Of a stretch of 64,000 bases of DNA, positions 28,612-39,103 are shown in pieces; the stretch's first letter is position 1; each line of letters starts with the position of its first letter. The notes beneath the pieces are model-generated. The model was not told the origin of the DNA. It saw only the letters and a list, made by a program, of their open reading frames with translations, and searched no databases. The position numbers and the translations under genes were made by a program. The stretch is from a virus, in IMG/VR virus record IMGVR_UViG_3300021560_000013, positions 46,272-110,271 of that record; one strand, written 5' to 3'.

Positions 28612-30362
28612 CACTCTAGGTGGAGGGAATGAGCCCTCCGCTCCCGACCGAGGAGGACGACAGTGACGACCGAGGCACGACACATCCTCGACCCAGAGGG
28701 TGCCGACGCCGCGACGATGAATAGCTGGAGTGACCGTCACCCGGCCACCATCGTCAAGCGCACGGCCAAGACGATCTGGGTCCAGGAGGACCGCGTCGTG
28801 AACATGAGCAGCGAAGAGACCCGCGAGAGCGGTCTCGCCTTCGCTCAGGGTCACGGTGACGTGACTGTGTTCACCCGCGACTACGACGCGCCGATCCGCG
28901 AGTACCGGCTCCGCAAGAACGGGCGCTGGATGGCGAAGGGCGCGCCGATGAACAGCCGGGGCTCCAGCCTGAGCATCGGGCGGCGCTCCTACTACTACGA
29001 CCCACACTTCTGAGGAGGTGACGAGGATGGCAAGACGACAGATCATGGACGGCACTGGCTGTGTCGAAGGTCTGGAGACGTACGTCAACCGGATCACCGG
29101 CGAGCCGGGCCGGATCAAGGTGGCCGTCGAGGGCGGCGAGATCGTGGCAGTGCTCTGCTGCTGGTTCGCGGCCTGCGAGAACGAGGCCATCAGCACGGAG
29201 GCACATCCGATCCTCGGCCAGGTGCCGATCTGCGACCGGTGCGCCGAGAAGGTCGAGGCGATGACATGAGCGCCGAGACCAGGACTCCGGAGCGAGTCGC
29301 TGAGCACGCCCAGGAAGCGTTCTGGGCGGCGGTGGCCGAGAGCTACCCGGAGGTGACGACCGGCGACTTCCCGCCCGGCGATGACTTCCCGCTCGCGCTC
29401 GCGATGGAGCGCGCGATCGAAGCGTGGCTGATGTGGAACTGGCCCGAGGGCTCGAACCCGCCGGGTTGGAAGTGCCCGCGCTGCGGCGACGACAGGCGCG
29501 GCTGCGACCGCGACGAATGTCGAAGCATGTGACCAGATGATCTCGTTCAGTACCGCGACCGACGAGGAGCTTGTGGCGATGCGTGAGGCGATTGACGCGC
29601 TCACGCTCGCCCAGCCTGCGGCGATCCACGACGACCCCGCCTGGTGCGAGATCGTCCACGCGGTGATGGGCGAGGTTTACGCCAGGCAAGTCTGGCGGCA
29701 GATAGCAGCATGAACACCGACCGAGGAGACACGATGGACGAACCACGCATCACGATGAAGGACCGCAGCATCGTTGCGGACTACCTGATCAACACCGACA
29801 ACGAGGGCCGCAACGGCGCGGAGCGACGGCACTACGCCGCCGTCACCGTCGGCTACACGAAGGGCGGCATGAACTACTTCTCCGGGAAGTCGAACGCGCG
29901 GGGCTACTACGCGTCGATCAACCGGGAGACCGAGTCGAGCGACGGGATCTTCACGTCGCGCAGCTTCACGCTGTTCGCTGGGCTCGGGCTCATGCGCTCA
30001 GAGCCGGTGGGCCGGTTCTCGCAGAAGGGCCTGAACGCCTTCTTCGAGGAAGTGATGGAGGCGATGCCCGCGCTGCGCACCGACGAGCGTGTGGCGGCGT
30101 ACTTCGAGCCTGCGGAGGTGCCCGCATGACTCGCACGATGAAGCTGGCCCTGGAGGCCCTGATCGACGTGCAGCGCCGGGAGTCCTTCCGGCCCGAGGTG
30201 GCCGACCAGATCCCGGATGAGACGGTGCTCGGCGTCATGGTCGCCCGGTACCTGGGGGACGGCGCGGCGGTGCTGGAGGTGTGCGTCGGTGCGCTGACGG
30301 ACCTGAACTACCACGAGGACGCCGAGCGCGTCCGCGAGATCCTAGAGCGAGTCACCACGTAC

Positions 30363-30381
30363 TAGCTCACGATGTGAGCAC
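30363..30381 (+). promoter_or_regulatory. 19-bp palindrome (includes upstream stop)
   Basis: TAGCTCACGATGTGAGCAC; TACAAT -10 shortly downstream. Confidence 0.7.
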
Positions 30382-30919
30382 CGACGTGATACAATGAAGG
30401 TGCGGGGGGAACACCCCCGCACTCCACCCGACCGAGGAGACACTGATGGAAACAGCCGAGACGTTCCGCCCCTGCGACGTGCAGCAGATGATCGCGCAGA
30501 TCGGGCGGATGAACATCATGGCGATCAGCGGCGGCAGGATCGAGCGCCGCGAGACCGGCATCACCCTGCCGGTCGGCGCTGGCTACAGCGTCACGATCGA
30601 CCTGGACTGGGACGACACCTACGTCGTCAGCCGCGTCTTCAAGCGCGGAGCCAAGCGCTGGATCAAGGGCACCCGGCGCAACATCTACTACGACGAGGTG
30701 GGCGAAGTGGCCTACAAGGCGTCGTGCTTCCGCAACGGACCGAGCTACTGGGATGAGTCAGCGGTCTGACATCAAGGCCGAGCAGTTTGGTGCCGATAGG
30801 GGCATCACCAAGACTGCGGACGGGGCCGGGGTGAGCCTGGGGGCGAGGCTCACCCCGCCGCAGATACCTACCGGCGAGCGTACGCGCTCGTCTACATCAC
30901 GAGAGAGAGGAGAGGGCCG

Positions 30920-31564
30920 ATGGCCCGAGTGACCTACGTCAAGGCGGCGAAGGGCCGCAAGGACGGACGACCGCGCCGGTGCAGCCGGTGCGGCAACGAG
31001 ATCAAGCCGGGGGAGTCGTACTCCTGGTTCGCGAACCGGATTGGCCGGTCGAGCATCCGCAAGGACTTCTGCTCGAACTGCCGGATCCGCGAGTCGGACA
31101 AGACCACGAGCCCGCACATGCAGACGATCTACGCCGGGCAGGAGGCCGCTGAGGACACGCTCGGCCAGGCCGACCTGACCCTGGCCGACATCGCGGAGGC
31201 CGTGCGCGGCTACGCCGAGGCCCTGAAGGAGGCCAGCGAGAGCTACGGCGAGAGCGCCGACAACATGGAGGACGGCTTCGGCCACGAGACCGAGATGTCC
31301 GCCGCGATCCGCGAGAAGGCCGAGTCGTGCGAGAGCACGGCGGACACGGTCGAGTCGGCAGCCGACGACATCGAGTCGATGGACGATCCGGATGCCGACG
31401 CCGCCGAGTTCCAGGACGACTACGAGGGCGACTGGGACGACGAGAAGGACGAGGCTGTGGACACCGAGGAGTGGGAGCAGCACGTCGAGGCTAAGCGCGA
31501 GGAGCGCCGCGAAGCCGCCATCGACGCCGCCAACGAAGCGCTCGGGGAGTGGCCGGACCTATGA
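30920..31564 (+). CDS. Zn-finger + highly acidic helical protein
   Basis: CSRCG..IKPGESY.W...C..C N-terminus; D/E-rich remainder. Confidence 0.7.
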   Translation: MARVTYVKAAKGRKDGRPRRCSRCGNEIKPGESYSWFANRIGRSSIRKDFCSNCRIRESDKTTSPHMQTIYAGQEAAEDTLGQADLTLADIAEAVRGYAEALKEASESYGESADNMEDGFGHETEMSAAIREKAESCESTADTVESAADDIESMDDPDADAAEFQDDYEGDWDDEKDEAVDTEEWEQHVEAKREERREAAIDAANEALGEWPDL

Positions 31565-32136
31565 CCAGAGGAGCACAGAGCACCCTCGCCAACGAGGAGT
31601 TGACCGAGGCCGTCGTGGAGTACGTGCAGACGGCGGCGAAGGCGGCGCTGGCTGGCGAGAGGGTCGCGGGCATCCGCGAGGATGGCTACGTCGAGGCGTA
31701 CGCCATCGGTGCCAACCTGATCGACCGGGGCATCCTTACGCACGAGCACCTGCAATCGTCTTCTTCCTCCTGGAAGGACGACGCGCGCAAGTCGATCGAC
31801 GGCAAGGTCAAGCGCCTGCTCGACGCCGAAGCCGCCAAGCCGGACGCGCGGATTCTGCGCTTCTCCTCTCGGACGGACGAAGCGCCGTTCAAGCTCGACG
31901 GGTACTCGCGCAACTATTACGGCCAGAGCGTCCTGTACGGCACGCCCGAGTTGGTCGAGGCCGGACGGCAGGCATTCGAGGCCCGGATCGCGCGGGAGCA
32001 CGCCGAGACCGAGGCGATGGACGCCATGCTCGCGCGAGCGGCAGCGGCGAACTGGCCCGAGCCGGACAAGCACACCCGGCTGAGCGTGACCTACAGCGCC
32101 GACGCGCTGTTCGAGATCCTGGAGCGCATGGGCGCT

Positions 32137-32155
32137 TAGCGCACGACGCGTGCTA
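32137..32155 (+). promoter_or_regulatory. 19-bp palindrome/-10 promoter (includes upstream stop)
   Basis: TAGCGCACGACGCGTGCTA, -10 TACGCT. Confidence 0.8.
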
Positions 32156-32562
32156 CGCTGAGGAGGCACATGAAGCACTTTCCGATCCAACCGATCCGGC
32201 GCATAGCGGTCACCCGTGAGGAAGCCGCCGACATGCGCGAGGCGCACGCCGAGGGCTGGCACACGCTGCCCGAGGGCCTGCCGCGCGACGGCTGCCCTGA
32301 CTGCATGGGGCGACCGCTGCGCACCTACCCGACCGCCGCGAGCCTGGAGCGACGCAATGCGTGAGCACATCCTCCAGAGCCACATCGGCACCGACGGGAA
32401 CGAGTACGGCTCGCACGCCTGGTGCGGGCTGCTCGTGCGCGGGCGGCGACCGAATATCAGCCCGGACGACTACCAGGACCGCGTCGCCAAGAACGTGACC
32501 GGCAACGTCTGCCGCAACTGCATCTCGGCCCTGGAGAAGGGCGTACCGAGGGTGGCGCACTG

Positions 32563-33582
32563 ATGGCGAAGATCGCTTACGAGGACAAGAGGTTCAGCGC
32601 CGGGTCGCTTGAGACGATCGCCCAGGCGAACGAGATCCTGGAGGAGTACGAGAAGCTGGGCTACGACCTGACGCTGCGGCAGTTGTACTACCAGTTCGTC
32701 GCCAGGGACCTGATCCCGAACACTGAGCGCAGCTACAAGCGGCTCGGCTCGATCGTCAACGACGCGCGCATGGCCGGGTACATCGACTGGGACCTGCTGG
32801 TGGATCGCACCCGCAACGTCCGCTCAGTCCCGCACTGGGACGACCCGGCGGACATCATCGAGGCGACCGCCCGGAGCTTCAAGGTGGATCGCTGGGACAA
32901 GCAGAACGACTACGTGGAGGTGTGGATCGAGAAGGACGCGCTCGTCGGCGTGATCGCCGGAATCTCGACCCGGCTCGACGTGCCGTACTTCGCCTGCCGG
33001 GGCTACAACAGCCAGAGCGAGCAGTGGCGCGCCGCGCAGCGGCTGCTCCAGCGGGTGATCGACGGCAAGAACGTCACGATCATCCACCTGGGCGACCACG
33101 ACCCGTCGGGGATTGACATGACCCGCGACAACGACGACCGGCTGAAGCTGTTCGTCCGCCAGGACTACCTGCGCCACAAGGTCGGGGAGCTTGAGCACTG
33201 GGACACGCTCAGCGACGCGAACCAGGACGCGACACTGCGCCAGTGGCTGCGCGAGATGCCCACCGTCGAGGTGCGCCGGATCGCGCTGAACATGGACCAG
33301 ATCAACCAGTACAACCCGCCGCCGAACCCGGCGAAGATGTCCGACAGCCGGGCGCACGGGTACGTCGAGGAGTACGGCTACGAGTCCTGGGAGCTTGACG
33401 CGCTCCCGCCGGACGTGCTGGAGAACCTGGTCCGCGACAACGTGGAGAGCCTGATCGACGTGCCCGCGTGGGACGCCGAGGAGCAGCGCGAGCACGACGG
33501 CCAGCGGTTGCTGCGGCTCGCGAGCGAACGCTGGGACGAGATCGTGGAGAGCCTGAACGGAGACAACCCCGAGGAGGACTGA
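32563..33582 (+). CDS. Topoisomerase VI-A/Spo11/JetD-like wHTH + TOPRIM protein
   Basis: TLRQLYY, EVWIEKDAL, RGY.S, GDHDPSG, WELDAL. Confidence 0.8.
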   Translation: MAKIAYEDKRFSAGSLETIAQANEILEEYEKLGYDLTLRQLYYQFVARDLIPNTERSYKRLGSIVNDARMAGYIDWDLLVDRTRNVRSVPHWDDPADIIEATARSFKVDRWDKQNDYVEVWIEKDALVGVIAGISTRLDVPYFACRGYNSQSEQWRAAQRLLQRVIDGKNVTIIHLGDHDPSGIDMTRDNDDRLKLFVRQDYLRHKVGELEHWDTLSDANQDATLRQWLREMPTVEVRRIALNMDQINQYNPPPNPAKMSDSRAHGYVEEYGYESWELDALPPDVLENLVRDNVESLIDVPAWDAEEQREHDGQRLLRLASERWDEIVESLNGDNPEED

Positions 33583-34055
33583 TGTCCGGCTTCACCCTGA
33601 ACAGCGTCACGCTGTCCGGCACCCTGACGCGCGATCCAGACGTGCGCACCACGCCCGGCGGCACCGAGGTGTGCAAGCTGCGGATCGCGGTCAACGGGCG
33701 CAAGAAGAACAACTCGACCGGCGAGTGGGAGGACGTGCCGAACTTCTTCAACGTCACCCTGTTCGGCGGGCTCGGCGCATGGCTCGGGAACAACATCAAG
33801 AAGGGCCAGGACATCGCCGTGCTGGGCGAGCTTCGCTGGCACGAGTGGACGACCGACGACGGCGGCAAGCGCGAGGCCGTCGAGGTGATCGCCAACTCGA
33901 TCATGCCGCGCGGCAAGAGCAACGGCGGCGGCAGCAGTAGCAGTTCGAGCTACGACGACTCCGACATCCCCGCCGACACGTCCGGCCTGCCGCCGGTGGG
34001 AGCCACCGCCAGCACTGCCGTGAACCCGGCAGACGATGACGACATCCCGTTCTGA
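33582..34055 (+). CDS. ssb: Single-stranded DNA-binding protein
   Basis: N.V.L.G.LTRDP..R.T, KG..I.V.G.L....W....G.KR, C-terminal DDDDIPF. Confidence 0.95.
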   Translation: MSGFTLNSVTLSGTLTRDPDVRTTPGGTEVCKLRIAVNGRKKNNSTGEWEDVPNFFNVTLFGGLGAWLGNNIKKGQDIAVLGELRWHEWTTDDGGKREAVEVIANSIMPRGKSNGGGSSSSSSYDDSDIPADTSGLPPVGATASTAVNPADDDDIPF

Positions 34056-34471
34056 GGAACCGCTGGGCGAGGTGCTCGCTCGCGTCCGCGACGAGCGCAG
34101 CACCTACGCCTACGGCGACTCGGGCGAGGCACAGGCCGACGGCCAGTACCTGGCGGACGCGGTCGAGGAGTTGATCGCCGCGCTGTGGGACGTGCGCGTC
34201 TACCAGGCGGGCGACGCGCAGCGCCAGCAGGACGTGGCCCGAGGCGTGTTCCAGCGCCATCCTGACTGGACGCCGGGCGACTGGTAGGACGGGCAGGGCC
34301 TGGGGCTCGGAGGGCCGCAGGCGGGCCGGGAGGAGCCCACAGAGCCCGTTTGAGGGACTAGGCCCGGCGGCGCTTACGCTCGCAGCGTGGGCGCAGTGCC
34401 GATCCTTCTGAGGAGGGCTGTCCTGGCGGCAGTAAGGTGCGTCGTATGGGCGATCCTGGAGTCAGCGCCGC

Positions 34472-34843
34472 GTGAGCCGCTTCGACAGGATTGTCGTCCC
34501 GCGCCCTGTCCAGCCACCGTGCCCCGCCGCGTCGCTCGTGGCCGAGGCCGAGGGCGGCACCGGCTGCGTCTGCAGGATCACGGCGAACCTGATAGCCAGC
34601 CAACAGAACCCTTCGACCCTCGCGAAGTACTGCTTCTCCTCGGAGGGGTACCAGACCTGCCCGACGTGGCGCGCCGACCGCGACGAGTACCACCGCAGCA
34701 GGACGATCCGGGACCTGCTGACCAGGAAGGGCGACAGGGTGGCCGGTCACCCGGAGGACCGGGAGCGCAACCAGGGACTGGCGCTGGCGATCGAGGCCCA
34801 GGAGCGCGACGCATGGCAGTCGCAGCGAGACCGCGAGAGCTAA
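34472..34843 (+). CDS. Cys-containing hypothetical protein
   Basis: CP...C.IT...YC....Y.TCP.W. Confidence 0.55.
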   Translation: MSRFDRIVVPRPVQPPCPAASLVAEAEGGTGCVCRITANLIASQQNPSTLAKYCFSSEGYQTCPTWRADRDEYHRSRTIRDLLTRKGDRVAGHPEDRERNQGLALAIEAQERDAWQSQRDRES

Positions 34844-34996
34844 CCGCCGGTGAGTACCTGACGGATGGCAGCAAGGCGCTCCTGTACGTGCTCGAAGTGG
34901 ATCCGCGCGGACGCGCGATGGTCGAGGACGTGAGGACGCTGGAGGTGTACCGGATCAAGGTGACGGCGCTCGACGGCTGGCGGGTGGTGACTCCGG

Positions 34997-37045
34997 ATGG
35001 CGCGTGACAACAGCGGCCTGATCGGGCGCGCCCGAGAGATCCTGGAGGAGCGCACCGGCAAGACGATCATCGACCAGGAGCACCTGAGCCTGCTGGAGGC
35101 CAGCGATGTCGAGCGCCGGGCGATGCAGAAGGAACTGGACCTGCTCGGCTGGTACGTGCTCGACTACATCGGCGGGCAGCCGCAGGAGGTGAAGGCGACC
35201 GAGCGCCGCAAGATGGCGGCGCAGGCGCGCATGGTCTGGGTGCAGGATCCGGTGGCCGGGGCGAACGTCGATCTCAGCTGCCAGTTCATCTTCGGACGTG
35301 GCGTCCCCAAACCGAAGGCGGCGGACGACAAGGTCCAGGAAGTCATTGACGAGGCGTGGGACGACCCGGACAACAAGGCGACGCTGACCACGTTCCCGGC
35401 GCAGACGGCGCTCTGCACCGACCTGGTGCTCCAGTCGAACCTGTTCATCCTGTTCTTCGAGGGCGACGACGGCAAGGTCAAGCTCGGGATCCTCGACCAC
35501 GACTCGGTGGAGGACGTGGTCCGCGACTCGAACAACCGGCTGCGCGTCCTGTACTACGTCGCGCGCCGCCGCGAGTACGGCTGGGACTACGTCATGGACC
35601 GGCCCGACATCAAGGCCCAGATGGCGCAGCAGGACCCGCGCAAGCCGCGCGTCATGTACTACCAGGCGCTCGCGGCGACCGACCCGGAGACCGGCGAGCT
35701 TGACTCCCAGGACGACGCCTGCCCGCCCGAGAAGCTGGGCGAGGGGCTCGTCTACCACATCGCGATCAACCGGGGCTCGGAGCAGATCTTCGGCATCCCG
35801 GCGATGCGCCGGATCGTGAAGTGGATGGCCGCGCTGAACGACTTCATGGCGGCGCGCGTGGACCTGACGCAGGCAGCTGCCGCGTTCATCATGCGCCGGA
35901 CGGTGCAGGGCTCGCCGCAGCAGGTGGCGGCGATCGCGGCGAAGGCGATCTCGCGCCGGTCGGGCCTGGCGGCGACATCGGTGGACGACCCGACGATGGG
36001 CACCGTGCAGGCCGGGCCGAGGCCGGGCTCGATCCTGAACGAGAACCAGGGCGTCAAGACCGAGCCGTTCGCCGTGTCAACGCAGGCGGCGCAGGCGGCG
36101 CAGGACGCGCAGATGATCCGCTCGCAGATCTCCTCCGCGACGTGGCCGCAGCACTACCTCGGGGACCAGAGCAACGCGAACCTGGCGACGGCCACCGCGC
36201 TGGAGCTTCCAGTAGTCAAGAAAGTAGAGGCGTACCAGGAACTGTTCGAGGGCCTGTTCCGCACGTTCATCGACCGGGCGATCCAGAACGCCGTGGACAA
36301 CGGCACGCTGCCGACCGAACTGACCGATGAGGAGCGCGCCAAGCTCAAGGCGAAGAAGCCCGAGAACCAGACGCCGGGCTCGCCGCCGCCGGACGCGCCC
36401 GGCGCGCCGCTGCAGTCCGAGCCGCCCGCGTCGATGACAGACGTGCCGTCGCAGAACGGCTCGACGCAGCTGAGCGCAGGCTACGAGGGTCAGACCGAGG
36501 ACGAGGAGGACACCGAGCGCGACCTGAGCTACGAGTTCGCGATGCCGTCGCCACTCAAGCGCCAGATGGCCGACCTGATCAACTCGATCGCGAACCTGGC
36601 GCGCACGTTCGACCCGAACAACACCAACCTCGAACTGAGCCGGACGCTGCTCGCTGTCGCGCTCGGCCAGGGCCTGGAGCTTGCCGATCCCGCAGCTGCC
36701 GTCGATCGGATCCTGCCCGAGGGCTACGTCGATCCGATGCTGGCCGCGCAGATGGGCGGCGGTGGCGGTGGATCGCCCGGCCAGGTCCCACCGCCGCCGC
36801 CGCTGATCCCGACCGGCGACACCGGCCCGAACATGTTCGGCCCCGGCGGACCGCCGCCCGGCGCAGGACCCGAGCCGAACCAGAACCCGTACGGCGCGCA
36901 GGGCTGGAGCAGCAACTACCAGGACAACCAGGGCCAGCCGATGTACCAGTCGCGCGACGAGGAGCTAGACGCGATCTGGGAGCAGGAGCTTGCCGAGGTG
37001 GTCGAGGGGTTCCTGACCGCAGCCGCCCAGAACGGGCGCGGCTAA
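34997..37045 (+). CDS. Portal protein
   Basis: Size, helical core, HIAINR...FG.P, P.HYLGD.S.ANLATA..LE; upstream of MuF; Pro/Gly-rich tail. Confidence 0.8.
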   Translation: MARDNSGLIGRAREILEERTGKTIIDQEHLSLLEASDVERRAMQKELDLLGWYVLDYIGGQPQEVKATERRKMAAQARMVWVQDPVAGANVDLSCQFIFGRGVPKPKAADDKVQEVIDEAWDDPDNKATLTTFPAQTALCTDLVLQSNLFILFFEGDDGKVKLGILDHDSVEDVVRDSNNRLRVLYYVARRREYGWDYVMDRPDIKAQMAQQDPRKPRVMYYQALAATDPETGELDSQDDACPPEKLGEGLVYHIAINRGSEQIFGIPAMRRIVKWMAALNDFMAARVDLTQAAAAFIMRRTVQGSPQQVAAIAAKAISRRSGLAATSVDDPTMGTVQAGPRPGSILNENQGVKTEPFAVSTQAAQAAQDAQMIRSQISSATWPQHYLGDQSNANLATATALELPVVKKVEAYQELFEGLFRTFIDRAIQNAVDNGTLPTELTDEERAKLKAKKPENQTPGSPPPDAPGAPLQSEPPASMTDVPSQNGSTQLSAGYEGQTEDEEDTERDLSYEFAMPSPLKRQMADLINSIANLARTFDPNNTNLELSRTLLAVALGQGLELADPAAAVDRILPEGYVDPMLAAQMGGGGGGSPGQVPPPPPLIPTGDTGPNMFGPGGPPPGAGPEPNQNPYGAQGWSSNYQDNQGQPMYQSRDEELDAIWEQELAEVVEGFLTAAAQNGRG

Positions 37046-37093
37046 AGCTTCACCGCCAGCTGTCGATCACTCGTGTAAGAGCGTGGAGCAGCT

Positions 37094-37159
37094 AAGCGCG
37101 TAACGTGCGCTTGGCAAAGCACACGACGCGTGCTACTATCTAGCGCAAGACACGCGCTA
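37094..37159 (+). promoter_or_regulatory. Three 19-bp palindromes around a -10 (TACTAT)
   Basis: AAGCGCGTAACGTGCGCTT (37094), AAGCACACGACGCGTGCTA (37117), TAGCGCAAGACACGCGCTA (37141). Confidence 0.65.
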
Positions 37160-37194
37160 GGGGAGTGCGTGCTAACTAACACGAAAGGGGCAAG

Positions 37195-38982
37195 ATGCTA
37201 CGACGCATCATGCTGGCGGTAGGGGCTACTCTGCTCGCGATCGCCATCACAGTGCCGCTGGTCGCCTCCGGGCAGACCGGCACACCGTGGGTCAAGACTC
37301 ACGGGAAGGGACGCGTAGTCAGCGTCAAGCGCAACCCGAAGCAGTGCGGGGAGCGGGGAGGCTGGCAGTTCAATCTCAGCGTGAAGCCGTGGAAGCTGAT
37401 CGCGTGCAACGGAGCAAGGGGGCTGACCGGCGCTGCCGGTCCACAGGGTGCCAACGGTGCCGCTGGGGCTACTGGGGCCACCGGAGCTACTGGAAGCGCT
37501 GGAGCTACTGGTGCTCAGGGTCCGCGTGGGCTCACGGGGCTCCAGGGGATCCAGGGCCTCACGGGCGCGACCGGCCCGGCGGGTGCAAACGGCACTAACG
37601 GGACCAACGGCCCGAAGGGCGACACTGGCGCGAAGGGCGACCAGGGGCCGCAGGGTGTGCCGGGCGATCCCGGACAGCCTGGGTTCTCGGCCTACCAGCT
37701 GTGGCTGGCGGGGCCTGACGGCATCCTCCACACCAGCGACGACAACGTCGGCTCGGTGGCGGACTTCATGCTGTCGCTAGTCGGGGACCGGGGACCGCAG
37801 GGTCCGGCTGGGCCGAATGGGCCGCAGGGTCCGCAAGGCAATCCCGGCGCTGCCGGTCAGAAGGGTGACACCGGACCGCAGGGTCCGAACGGACCGCAGG
37901 GTCCGACCGGGAACCCCGGCCACGATGGCGCTACTGGTCCTCAGGGGCCGAAGGGCGATCAGGGTCAGAAGGGGGACCAGGGCCTCACCGGCCAGAACGG
38001 TCCCCAGGGTCCGCAGGGTAACCCCGGTGCCGCTGGTCAGAAAGGTGACACTGGTGACCAGGGTCCGAAGGGTGACCAGGGCTCGAAGGGCGATCCTGGC
38101 GTGAAGGGCGACAAGGGCGATCCGGGCACGAACGGTGCCAATGGTGCCGACGGCGCGAACGGCGTCGCGGGTGCCAACGGCAAGGACGGTCAGTCCGCGT
38201 TCGAGATCTGGGTCGCGCTCGGCGCTCCCGGCTACACCGGGACGGACGCCCCGAACCACGGCGACTTCATCGCCACGCTGAAGGGCGAGAAGGGTGACAA
38301 GGGTGCCACGGGTGACCAGGGCGCGAAGGGCGACCAGGGTGCCAACGGTGCCAAGGGCGACACCGGCGCTCAGGGTCCGGCGGGCTCGAACGGCGTCAAC
38401 GGCCTCGACGGCAACAACGGGTCCAAGGGCCTGTCGGCCTGGGAGCTTTACCAGTCTCAGGGTGGCGTGCTCGACCTGGACAGCTGGCTGGCGTCGCTGC
38501 ACGGCTCCAACGGCGCGAAGGGTGACACCGGCGCGCAGGGTCCGCAGGGCAACCCCGGCCACGACGGTGTGGACGGCAAGGACGGCGCTCCGGGTCAGAC
38601 CGGCGCGACCGGCCAGCAGGGTGCTCCGGGTCAGCAGGGCAAGCAGGGTGACACCGGCGCGACCGGTGCCGACGGCGCTCAGGGACCGCAAGGCCCCAAG
38701 GGCGACCAGGGCGACCCCGGCGCGCAGGGTCCGAAGGGCGACAACGGTCCCCAGGGACCGCAGGGCAACCCTGGTGCCGCTGGTCAGAAGGGCGACACGG
38801 GTGCCACCGGCCCGCAGGGTCCGGCTGGTCCGCAAGGGCAGCCCGGCCACGACGCGGTGACCGCTTCGACGGTCGTCTGCATCGTCACCAACGGCGGGGG
38901 GAACAATCCCAAGCTCGCCATCGGTGCGACCGCGTGTGCCGGACAGGCCACGATCACCCTGGCGGCTCCCGCCGGGTCGTAA
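37195..38982 (+). CDS. Collagen-like protein with N-terminal signal peptide
   Basis: Long Gly-X-Y runs broken by three SA(Y/F/W)(Q/E)-type spacers; MLRRIMLAVGATLLAIAITVPLVASG leader. Confidence 0.9.
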   Translation: MLRRIMLAVGATLLAIAITVPLVASGQTGTPWVKTHGKGRVVSVKRNPKQCGERGGWQFNLSVKPWKLIACNGARGLTGAAGPQGANGAAGATGATGATGSAGATGAQGPRGLTGLQGIQGLTGATGPAGANGTNGTNGPKGDTGAKGDQGPQGVPGDPGQPGFSAYQLWLAGPDGILHTSDDNVGSVADFMLSLVGDRGPQGPAGPNGPQGPQGNPGAAGQKGDTGPQGPNGPQGPTGNPGHDGATGPQGPKGDQGQKGDQGLTGQNGPQGPQGNPGAAGQKGDTGDQGPKGDQGSKGDPGVKGDKGDPGTNGANGADGANGVAGANGKDGQSAFEIWVALGAPGYTGTDAPNHGDFIATLKGEKGDKGATGDQGAKGDQGANGAKGDTGAQGPAGSNGVNGLDGNNGSKGLSAWELYQSQGGVLDLDSWLASLHGSNGAKGDTGAQGPQGNPGHDGVDGKDGAPGQTGATGQQGAPGQQGKQGDTGATGADGAQGPQGPKGDQGDPGAQGPKGDNGPQGPQGNPGAAGQKGDTGATGPQGPAGPQGQPGHDAVTASTVVCIVTNGGGNNPKLAIGATACAGQATITLAAPAGS

Positions 38983-39034
38983 CAAGCTCCGACAGGAGGG
39001 CTCCAGGGATGGGGCCAAGGAACAACGGGACCGC

Positions 39035-39062
39035 GAGCCCCCGGCCATCAGGCCGGGGGCTC
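39035..39062 (+). terminator. Hairpin terminator after collagen gene
   Basis: GAGCCCCCGGCC-ATCA-GGCCGGGGGCTC. Confidence 0.7.
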
Positions 39063-39103
39063 CCGCTTGTGAGGGTACGGACGATCGCCCGTAGGCTTCA
39101 GAC

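Larger units (their letters stand above)
25551..32563 (+). other. Array of ~20 small hypothetical early-type genes (e.g. 25551-25793, 26039-26236, 26233-26436, 26485-26763, 26756-27049, 27049-27297, 27294-27917, 28071-28241, 28242-28595, 28663-29013, 29018-29269, 29266-29532, 29734-30129, 30126-30365, 30446-30769, 31561-32139, 32170-32364, 32357-32563)
   Basis: Tightly packed coupled ORFs punctuated by palindrome promoters and the shared RBS. Confidence 0.7.

Noticed and set aside
19957-32155. 19-bp palindromes as a CRISPR array or integron attC sites
   Set aside because: Gene-sized irregular spacing, no cas or integrase gene, no attC core sites; consistent -10 overlap favours promoter/operator
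34301-34312. GGGGCTCGGAGG shared with ~7467
   Set aside because: 12-bp match in GC-rich DNA is compatible with chance
37420-38850. DNA tandem repeats in the collagen gene
   Set aside because: Explained by Gly-X-Y coding
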